From an uncultured Clostridia bacterium (GTDB lineage Bacteria > CAYTYR01 > UBA6262), in contig CAZFDO010000001.1 in NCBI GenBank assembly GCA_964517965.1, positions 1 through 26,626 on the forward strand: a stretch of DNA of 26,626 bases, in the 5' to 3' direction. Below, one piece after another: positions 7,368 to 14,296 of this stretch; positions within the stretch are counted from its first letter, which is position 1, and every line of letters starts with the position of its first letter. The notes beneath the pieces are model-generated. The model saw nothing but the letters and a program-made list of their open reading frames with translations. It made no database searches and was not told where the DNA came from. The translations under genes and the position numbers were made by a program.

Positions 7368-8248
7368 ACCAATCCTTCCCCACAGGCTTCAGATTCTAAC
7401 TGTAATGTGGTATGGGTGATACCGAACTTATGCTCCAATACTTCTTCCACTTCCTTCAGGATGGCGGTGCCAACGCTGATCTGCTGGTCAGCGATCAATA
7501 TATGTCCGCTCAAAGCGTGTAATCCGCTGGTAATGGTCCAGACATGCAAATCATGCAAATCCCTGACCCCTTTTACTTTCTTAACCTCTGCCACAACTTC
7601 TTGCAATATCAAGCCTCGTGGCACGGCTTCCAGCAATACTTCCCCGCTTTCAAATATAAGCTGGAAAGCGCTGCGTATGATAAACCCGCTAATTAAAATA
7701 CTGACTATCGGATCGACCATTTTCCAGCCAGTGAACATGATAAATATGCCGCCAATGATCACTCCTACGCTGGAAAGAGTATCACCCAGCATATGAAGCA
7801 GGGCTCCCCGCACATTCAAATTATTCCGGCTGGATTTCTGGAGAATAGTCATGCCGATGAAATTGCCAATCAGCCCGATGATAGCGACAATCAGCATTAA
7901 ACCGCTTTTAATTTCCGGGGGATTAAAGAACCGTAGATACGCTTCATAAAATATCCAGATACTGATCAGGATCAGTAGAATTCCATTAGCCAGCGCCGCC
8001 AGGATCTCCAACCGGTGATAACCGAAGGTTTTGTGATGGGTAGCTGGTTTCTGCGCCATTTTAATGGCCCACAAACTCAGGCCTAAAGCAAATGTATCGG
8101 TGAACATGTGTCCCGCATCGCTTAACAGCGCTAAGCTATTGGACACTAATCCGCCAATAATTTCTGCAATCATGATCACAAAAGTAATCACGAGGGCAAT
8201 GACCAACCCCTGCTTATTTACTTGTCGTTCTTCATTATGATTATTCAC
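7337..8248 (-). CDS. czcD: Cation diffusion facilitator (CzcD/ZitB-like Zn/Co/Cd exporter)
   Basis: SLALLSDAGHMFTD, TFGYHRLEILAA, NVRGALLHMLGD, HDLHVWTI, HTTLQLE; GTG start with GAGG. Confidence 0.9.
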   Translation of the reverse strand: MNNHNEERQVNKQGLVIALVITFVIMIAEIIGGLVSNSLALLSDAGHMFTDTFALGLSLWAIKMAQKPATHHKTFGYHRLEILAALANGILLILISIWIFYEAYLRFFNPPEIKSGLMLIVAIIGLIGNFIGMTILQKSSRNNLNVRGALLHMLGDTLSSVGVIIGGIFIMFTGWKMVDPIVSILISGFIIRSAFQLIFESGEVLLEAVPRGLILQEVVAEVKKVKGVRDLHDLHVWTITSGLHALSGHILIADQQISVGTAILKEVEEVLEHKFGITHTTLQLESEACGEGLVCQSKTNGKD

Positions 8249-8265
8249 AAAACCTCAAATTCTAA

Positions 8266-8386
8266 ATACAGTCGTTAGTCGCCGGCTGCCAGTCGCTAGT
8301 AAATAACAGATAAATAAACCTTCTATACCAGTGACCAGAAACTAGTACCCAGCGACCGTATTTAAACTAGCGACCAGAAACTGCCT
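8266..8386. repeat. Heptamer-periodic inverted-repeat element C
   Basis: Left atacagt cgttagt cgccggc tgccagt cgctagt (8266-8300); 26-nt spacer; right accagtg accagaa actagta cccagcg accgtat (8327-8361); extra units 8366-8386 overlap the mnmA stop. Confidence 0.85.
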
Positions 8387-9482
8387 TTATGATTGTTCCT
8401 CCGCCAAGAACTTTATTCCCTTGATAAAATACTACTGCCTGCCCCGGTGTTATAGCCCATTGTCCGGAGCTAAATTCCACCTTGACTTTATCCCGGCCAG
8501 CCGGTGAAATAGTACAAGCTGCTGCTTTATGCGCTGAGCGGATCTTAGCTTTGGCGCTTATTGGTTTTGATAATTTCTTTATAGTTATAAAATTAATCTT
8601 GCCAGCTAATAATGTATTCCCGTAAATATCCTGTTTAGGGGCAATTACTAAAATATTGCGTCTCTGATCGATCTCTTTTACATATAAAGGATGCGCCGCA
8701 GCTAGCCCCAATCCTTTGCGTTGGCCGATTGTATAAAACGCGATCCCCTTATGTGTTCCTAATACCTTTCCTGCTTTATCCGTTATGCCTCCGGACTTAA
8801 AATCCGTCTGCATCCTTGTTTTAAGAAAGCGATGATAATCATTATCAGGGATAAAGCAGATTTCCTGGCTCTCTGGACGATTGGCTGTAGCTAGTTCACA
8901 ATCCCGAGCTAAAATACGCACCCTGTCCTTGGTATAGATCCCTAAAGGAAGCAGGATGTGGGCTAATTGCTGCTGGGTCATAGTATATAAAAAATATGAT
9001 TGGTCCTTTTTGGCGTCTTTGGCTTTTAACAAGTGGTATCTTTTGGTTCTGCGGTCATGCTTTATTTGCGCATAATGCCCGGTAGCTAAATAATGCGCCC
9101 CTAAACTTTCGGCTTTTTTCAGGAGATAATCAAATTTAATTAAATCATTACAACGGATACAGGGGTTAGGCGTTTGCCCGGCCAGATATTGACTACAAAA
9201 AGGGATGATAACTTTTTTTTCAAACAACTCGCGGCAATTCATTACATAATGGGGAAGACCCAGCTTGGCCGCTACTCTTTTGGCGTCTTCCACCGCGCCG
9301 ATGCCGCAACAGCTGGTTTCAGATTCAGCGACCTGCTCCCTCGGCCATAACTGCATGGTCAAGCCGATAACTTCATATCCCTGCTTTTGCAGTAGCGCTG
9401 CGGCCACAGATGAGTCCACTCCCCCGCTCATCGCTACCGCTACCCTAATTTTATTCTTTATTTCTTTTTGAAGAATAGCCAA
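8367..9482 (-). CDS. mnmA: tRNA 2-thiouridylase MnmA
   Basis: AMSGGVDSSV, TPNPCIRCN, ATGHYA, KDQSYFL, ESQEICF, YTIGQRKGLG, AITPGQAVVFY; 371 aa. Confidence 0.95.
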   Translation of the reverse strand: MAILQKEIKNKIRVAVAMSGGVDSSVAAALLQKQGYEVIGLTMQLWPREQVAESETSCCGIGAVEDAKRVAAKLGLPHYVMNCRELFEKKVIIPFCSQYLAGQTPNPCIRCNDLIKFDYLLKKAESLGAHYLATGHYAQIKHDRRTKRYHLLKAKDAKKDQSYFLYTMTQQQLAHILLPLGIYTKDRVRILARDCELATANRPESQEICFIPDNDYHRFLKTRMQTDFKSGGITDKAGKVLGTHKGIAFYTIGQRKGLGLAAAHPLYVKEIDQRRNILVIAPKQDIYGNTLLAGKINFITIKKLSKPISAKAKIRSAHKAAACTISPAGRDKVKVEFSSGQWAITPGQAVVFYQGNKVLGGGTIIKAVSGR

Positions 9483-9949
9483 TTATTTTTATCTTCCCCT
9501 GGTTTTAATTTTACCAGATAAAATAAACCTTTTAATTTTTTTCCAATAATTTCCAGGCTATAGGCCTTTTCACTTTTCTCCAGCAATTGATAGGTTCCCT
9601 GATCCCAGATCTCTACCGTACCGGCGCCATATTCGCCGGTCGGGATTGTGCCTGAAAACTTTTCATAACCAAGCGGGTGGTCTTCCACTGCTACAGCCAG
9701 ACGTTTCACTATCGGGTCACTCGATGGTTCTTTCGGCACAGCCCAACTCTTCAATACCCCGTCCATCTCCAGCCGCAGGTCATAATGCAAATGGCTCGCG
9801 TTATGCTTCTGGATCACATAAATCATTCTTTTACTGCCATCTGCCATCCGCGACCCGCCAACGAACTTTGGCGGGGGCCCGCCATCCGTCCCCACTGGTT
9901 CCTTGGTCTTCTTAAAATCCCTTTTTTTCTTATATTCTTCCAAAACCAT
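9458..9949 (-). CDS. Stand-alone DNA ligase D 3'-phosphoesterase (PE) domain protein
   Basis: EEYKKKRDF, QKHNASHLHYDLRLE, LKSWAVPK, AVEDHP, GEYGAGTVEIWDQGTY; 163 aa, no ligase or polymerase domain. Confidence 0.9.
   Translation of the reverse strand: MVLEEYKKKRDFKKTKEPVGTDGGPPPKFVGGSRMADGSKRMIYVIQKHNASHLHYDLRLEMDGVLKSWAVPKEPSSDPIVKRLAVAVEDHPLGYEKFSGTIPTGEYGAGTVEIWDQGTYQLLEKSEKAYSLEIIGKKLKGLFYLVKLKPGEDKNNWLFFKKK
9854..9875. repeat. GC-rich palindrome inside the LigD-PE coding sequence
   Basis: CCCGCCAA-CGAACT-TTGGCGGG, 8-bp perfect stem; GCCATCCG direct repeats at 9843-9850 and 9881-9888. Confidence 0.65.
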
Positions 9950-9987
9950 CGCAATTATTCCTCAACATAAAAATCCACAACAGATTA

Positions 9988-10323
9988 AGTATTCAGGTAA
10001 CTGTAATATTTTTTCGCTAAGGTGTCGATTTTCAGGGCGCCAAAGGTCTTTTGACAACTCATGATGCTTCAGCCAGAGGCTGATCCGCCAATCTTTTAGG
10101 CGGAAAAACCGACAATGCCGCTCAAAAATATTAGCAGTTCCCTGATGCTCTACCCAAAGCCAAACGCGGCCGCTGATGCCGTGTAGAAAACCTACGGATG
10201 CTTGAGTTGGCACGGACTCTTTTCCTCCCGCCTGGCGGGAGAACTCAAGCGAGTAAGAGCGCGTTTTCCTCGCCGGGGAAAACGACGCGTTTTTCGGAAC
10301 GGCGCAGCGTGACAGTGAGGCTA
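9988..10323 (+). ncRNA. Unclassified ~340-nt highly structured element (ncRNA candidate or non-autonomous mobile element)
   Basis: Two multibranch domains with long-range helices found by eye (9988-10033 with 10103-10149; 10171-10182 with 10299-10309) and several internal hairpins; wobble pairs are G-U on the plus strand. Family not recognised. Confidence 0.5.
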
Positions 10324-10336
10324 TACCTTATATCTT

Positions 10337-10612
10337 TCAAGGAAAGAACTTTAAATAGCTTGGGCAGAGTTTATTTAAGACACATTTTGGGCATTTAGGT
10401 TTTTTGGCATCACAGATCTTCCGGCTAACGTTCTTATATTTATTAAAAACTACCGGCGTTACTTTATTAACCGTCACATCCGTAGATTGGGCCGAAAGGA
10501 TCGTCGCTACCAGCAATTCCATTGGATTAGAATAATTCAGCGCAATTTTTGCCTGCGGATATTCCCGCTGTAGTATATTAATTATTTTACCAGTTTTATC
10601 TTTGGCCCTCAT
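10337..10612 (-). pseudogene. nth: Endonuclease III with large in-frame internal deletion (91 aa)
   Basis: Nth N-terminus (LNYSNPMELLVATILSAQSTDVTVNKVTP) joined directly to the C-terminal Fe-S motif C-x6-C-x2-C-x5-C; HhH motif and catalytic Lys/Asp absent. Confidence 0.8.
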
Positions 10613-11550
10613 TTAGTTTTCTGTCCGCTGTCTTCTGTCCGCTGTACGCTGCTTCCTTTGGCCTTAATTTTATCAATGGCCGTAGTAGCCGAGGAACTCA
10701 CCCAGCTGTCATTATCATTAGCAGCCGCTACCAAGACCGGGATAACGGCAGAATTGCCAATCTCACCGAGCACTTCTACAGCAGCCCGGCGCACCCATAC
10801 ATCGTCATCTTGAACCATCCTTGACAGGAGCGGTATATCCTCAGGAGTACCGATATCAGCAAACATCCTGATGATAAAACAGCGCGTCCAGCCATAATTT
10901 GTCTCCAGCAGTTTTAGCAAAGTCGTTTTCGCCTCTTTATCCTTAGATCTAGCCAAAGCATAAGCGGCAAAGAGCTTTTTATAGAGATCGGCTGATTTAA
11001 GGTCACCTTGCAATGCGCTGGCACTATAACTAAAAAATATTTTATTGTCTTTTATTCCCTGCAAGATAAGAGGAATAGCGCCTTTAACGCCAATTCTGGC
11101 TAAAGCGATCGCCGTAGCCAGGCGCACTACCAGTTCTTCTTCTTTAATATGAGTGACTAGAGCAGGAGTAGCGCTTATATCGCCGATCTTACCCAATATT
11201 TCAATGATCTGGGCGCGCTGCTCAAACTCTTCATGCTTCAAATCTTCTACCAGAATAGGCACAGCTTCTTTACTGCTACGGACCAGAATATTGGAAGCAG
11301 CTATATTAACCATCCGGTTGGGATCTTTTAAGGCCGTAACAAACAAGGGGATAGCGGCTTTTAAGCCCAGGCGGCTTAAACTCTCCAGGGCTAATATCCT
11401 AATTTCCTGATCCTCGCTTTTCACTGCCCGGGAAAGGGCATTAAAGGACAAATTATCCCGATAATTGCCCAGAGCCCGTACTGAATCCTTATTATTGGCA
11501 AATACCATCAAGCTGTGAAATAATATTAATATCTTATTTTCTATCCCCAT
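10609..11550 (-). CDS. HEAT (PBS-lyase-like) repeat protein (313 aa)
   Basis: Repeated R..A..AL..IG...A.P.L...L.D units (e.g. DDVWVRRAAVEVLGEIGNSAVIPVLV); stop overlaps nth start. Confidence 0.85.
   Translation of the reverse strand: MGIENKILILFHSLMVFANNKDSVRALGNYRDNLSFNALSRAVKSEDQEIRILALESLSRLGLKAAIPLFVTALKDPNRMVNIAASNILVRSSKEAVPILVEDLKHEEFEQRAQIIEILGKIGDISATPALVTHIKEEELVVRLATAIALARIGVKGAIPLILQGIKDNKIFFSYSASALQGDLKSADLYKKLFAAYALARSKDKEAKTTLLKLLETNYGWTRCFIIRMFADIGTPEDIPLLSRMVQDDDVWVRRAAVEVLGEIGNSAVIPVLVAAANDNDSWVSSSATTAIDKIKAKGSSVQRTEDSGQKTK
10617..10651. repeat. Heptamer tandem run D encoding the HEAT protein C-terminus
   Basis: ttttctg tccgctg tcttctg tccgctg tacgctg; translates as part of SSVQRTEDSGQKTK. 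Confidence 0.8.
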
Positions 11551-11580
11551 TCTCTTGTTCCTTTCCTAAGTTAGCTTATA

Positions 11581-12231
11581 CTACACTTTCTTAAGATATA
11601 TACTTTTGGCTACTTCCTTCTCTAAAGCTAGCTGGGTTTCGCCTACCTGTATTACATATGACGGGAATATCTGGTGCACCTTGATGACTGTCCCCGGCAT
11701 AACTCCTAAGGACATCAGTTTGTGCAATTGAGGATGATCCTTAGTCAGGACATAAAGTATTTTCCCTTTTTCTCCCACCCTAAAGGTATCCAGCGAGCTG
11801 ACAATGCTGGGCAATGAGGTCGCTGCGCGCCGGCAGCAATCCCCTTCTGGCAAGACAGTCCCATGCGGACATTGCCGGGGATGCCCTAACAGGGTACAAA
11901 TACTCTCCTCTACCTCTTTAGAAATGATGTGCTCAAATGCGCAGGCCTGCGAATCGCTCTCGGTAGGCGGTACTTCGAGGACATCATACAGCAACCGTTC
12001 CGCCAAACGCTGCCGGCGGATGATATCCTTACCTAATAACCGTCCTTGTTCAGTAAAAGAGATCTGTTCACCGGCAATATTTATCAGGCCCGCCTTACCC
12101 ATTTCGTCCAGAATATCACCGTAGGCTTGCGGCTCTATCTTTTCTTTTATTTTCTCCAGACTTTTATTACCGCGTTCTTCCTCTTCCCAAATAATACTTA
12201 AGACTTCTTCAATATCATTCTGTCGAGCCAT
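11581..12231 (-). CDS. DtxR/MntR-family metal-dependent regulator with C-terminal FeoA domain (216 aa)
   Basis: FTEQGRLLG..IIRRQRLAERLL, ACAFEH, LLGHPRQCPHG, then FeoA-like LMSLGVMPGTVIKV; start at ATG 12231 after GGAGG. Confidence 0.9.
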   Translation of the reverse strand: MARQNDIEEVLSIIWEEEERGNKSLEKIKEKIEPQAYGDILDEMGKAGLINIAGEQISFTEQGRLLGKDIIRRQRLAERLLYDVLEVPPTESDSQACAFEHIISKEVEESICTLLGHPRQCPHGTVLPEGDCCRRAATSLPSIVSSLDTFRVGEKGKILYVLTKDHPQLHKLMSLGVMPGTVIKVHQIFPSYVIQVGETQLALEKEVAKSIYLKKV

Positions 12232-12242
12232 GTTAACCTCCA

Positions 12243-12336
12243 AAGACGCTTATGGCCAATGGCTTATGGCGTATGGCAGAAGCATTGTCTTCTTTGCTTT
12301 TGCCATTAGCTATATGCAATATGCTATATGCGTTCT
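12243..12336. repeat. Heptamer-periodic inverted-repeat element E between feoB and the DtxR-FeoA gene
   Basis: Left ttatggc caatggc ttatggc gtatggc (12250-12277); inner stem agaagca/tgctttt; right gccatta gctatat gcaatat gctatat (12302-12329). Confidence 0.85.
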
Positions 12337-14296
12337 ATATTTTAATTATTCCAGTGCTCAAAATATAATTCAAAACTGTTCCGCCGAGAATCGCGTACAG
12401 GAAAACAAAGAAAATGATCATTGAGGCTTTTTTCCAGCCAAATTCGCGGTAAGTTACCAGCGCCTGGGCCAGGCAAGGCACAAACAAAGTGATCACTACC
12501 ATGCTAACTACTACCTGTTGATCACTTAGCAGGCCCTGTTTCTGCATCACATACAATCCGGCGGCGCCATAATCCCGCCGTAAAAAACCGATCAGAAAAG
12601 ATTCTACGGCTTTTCCCGGCAAGCCCAACAGGTTGATAATGATCGGTCGGCCGATATCCTGAAGCAAGGCTAAAAATTTGATTTTATCCAGAATAAACAG
12701 TACAAAAGTACTGATCATGAACAAGGGAACCGCTTCCCGCAGATACCATTTTAAACGCGCCCCGGTCTTAACCAGAATATTAGATAACTGGGGTAGTCTA
12801 AGAGGAGGAATTTCCTGGATAAACAGTGAGCCGCGGCCGGGAATTATCCGGTTGGATATTAAACCTACCAAAGTCAGGCTGGCAATTATACTCAGGAACC
12901 AAACCATTAACGCCTTAGCTGAGATACCGCCGACCATACCCAAAACAACTCCCAGCTGTGCCGAGCAGGGCACTCCCAGGGCCAGTAATAGCGCTACCAG
13001 TAATCTTTCCTTGCGTGTATCCAGAATACGGGAAGTTAGCACGGCCATGGTACCGCAACCAAGGCCGAGCACCATCGGCAATATTGCTTTTCCGTTCAAC
13101 CCTATAACTTTAAAAACACGATCACTCAAGACCGTCAGGCGCGGCAGGTACCCGCTGTCTTCCAGTAAACCGAAAAATATGAAAAACGCGCCGACAATAG
13201 GGAAAATTATCGCCAAGGCATAGGTTAGAGCCATGCTTAATATCCCATACTGACCAACCAGGAGATCCCTGATAATTACCCAGGGAACAAACTTAGTAAT
13301 CAGGTTATCCAGCCAAGGCAACAGCCAAGCGCCAAAAAAAGTATTTTGCAAAAAATCAACCATCGTACCAGCGGCAAATTTACCGACGAATACATACATG
13401 GCCAAGACCACCAGCAGCATAATTGGTATTCCGGTAAGCGGCTTTAGGGCCAAGGCTCCGATCTTTTCCTGCAAAGTCCGCTGTTTGACCTGGTGCTGAT
13501 GAAAACTCACTGCGATAATTTCCGCCGCTTGGCGATGTATTTCTTCCAGAATAATGATTTCTATCGGCTGATTGAACCGGGCTTTGATGCTGGCTGCTGC
13601 TTTTTGCAGATTTGGCACCAGTTCCCGGGGAAGCACATTGTAAACTTCAGTATCTTCTGTTAATAACATTAAGGCGATCCAACGCTGATAACGGATTCCT
13701 AAGGGCAACAGACGCTGTATTTCTGCGAACGCTGCTTCAATTTCCCGGCTGTAGGTGATACGCTTTTTACTAACCTTACTATTGATCACCGCCTCTTTCA
13801 GCGAACCAATACCCTCCCCGGTAATGGCTACGGTATTAACCAAGCCTATATCCAGTAACTGGGCAATTATATTACCATCAATATGATAACCGCGCGCCCT
13901 GGCTTCATCGCTCATATTGAGAGCCAGCACCAGCGGCAGTTCCAGGCTTAATAACTGTAAAGTCAATAAGAGAGACCGTTCGAGGTTCTTGGCATCGGCA
14001 ATTTGGACCAATGCTTTGGGCTCTTCCTGCAAAAGAATATTCCGGGTAACCAGTTCATCCTCGCTTTTAGGCAGTAATGAGTTGGTCCCTGGAGTATCGA
14101 TCACCACGTATTCCTGGTTAGCATACGTCATTGAGCCGCGGGAAACATCTATGGTCGTACCGGGATAGTTGGAGACCGTGACATATTTCCCGGTCAGGGT
14201 ATTAAATATCACGCTCTTGCCGACATTAGGGTTCCCGACCAGAACAATTTTTTGCTTATGCAGGTAATCTATTTTAACCTTTTGTTCGTCTCTCAT
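12335..14296 (-). CDS. feoB: Ferrous iron transporter FeoB
   Basis: [22 protein letters not shown] GTPase motifs; [22 protein letters not shown] gate motifs; 653 aa. Confidence 0.95.
   Translation of the reverse strand: MRDEQKVKIDYLHKQKIVLVGNPNVGKSVIFNTLTGKYVTVSNYPGTTIDVSRGSMTYANQEYVVIDTPGTNSLLPKSEDELVTRNILLQEEPKALVQIADAKNLERSLLLTLQLLSLELPLVLALNMSDEARARGYHIDGNIIAQLLDIGLVNTVAITGEGIGSLKEAVINSKVSKKRITYSREIEAAFAEIQRLLPLGIRYQRWIALMLLTEDTEVYNVLPRELVPNLQKAAASIKARFNQPIEIIILEEIHRQAAEIIAVSFHQHQVKQRTLQEKIGALALKPLTGIPIMLLVVLAMYVFVGKFAAGTMVDFLQNTFFGAWLLPWLDNLITKFVPWVIIRDLLVGQYGILSMALTYALAIIFPIVGAFFIFFGLLEDSGYLPRLTVLSDRVFKVIGLNGKAILPMVLGLGCGTMAVLTSRILDTRKERLLVALLLALGVPCSAQLGVVLGMVGGISAKALMVWFLSIIASLTLVGLISNRIIPGRGSLFIQEIPPLRLPQLSNILVKTGARLKWYLREAVPLFMISTFVLFILDKIKFLALLQDIGRPIIINLLGLPGKAVESFLIGFLRRDYGAAGLYVMQKQGLLSDQQVVVSMVVITLFVPCLAQALVTYREFGWKKASMIIFFVFLYAILGGTVLNYILSTGIIKI

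Noticed and set aside
9962-10213. 83-aa minus ORF in the structured gap as a protein or transposase remnant
   Set aside because: GTG start without convincing RBS, no HUH/Y1 or DDE motif, and the sequence is better explained by base pairing.
10210-10227. Minus-strand GAGGAAAAGAGTCCGTGC resembling the RNase P RNA GAGGAAAGUCC motif
   Set aside because: Three extra bases break the motif, the matching 3' P4 strand was not found, and the region folds better on the other strand. No tmRNA tRNA-like ends either.
11565-11581. TAAGTTAGCTTA as a DtxR operator
   Set aside because: Short, imperfect, and downstream of the regulator with no clear promoter.
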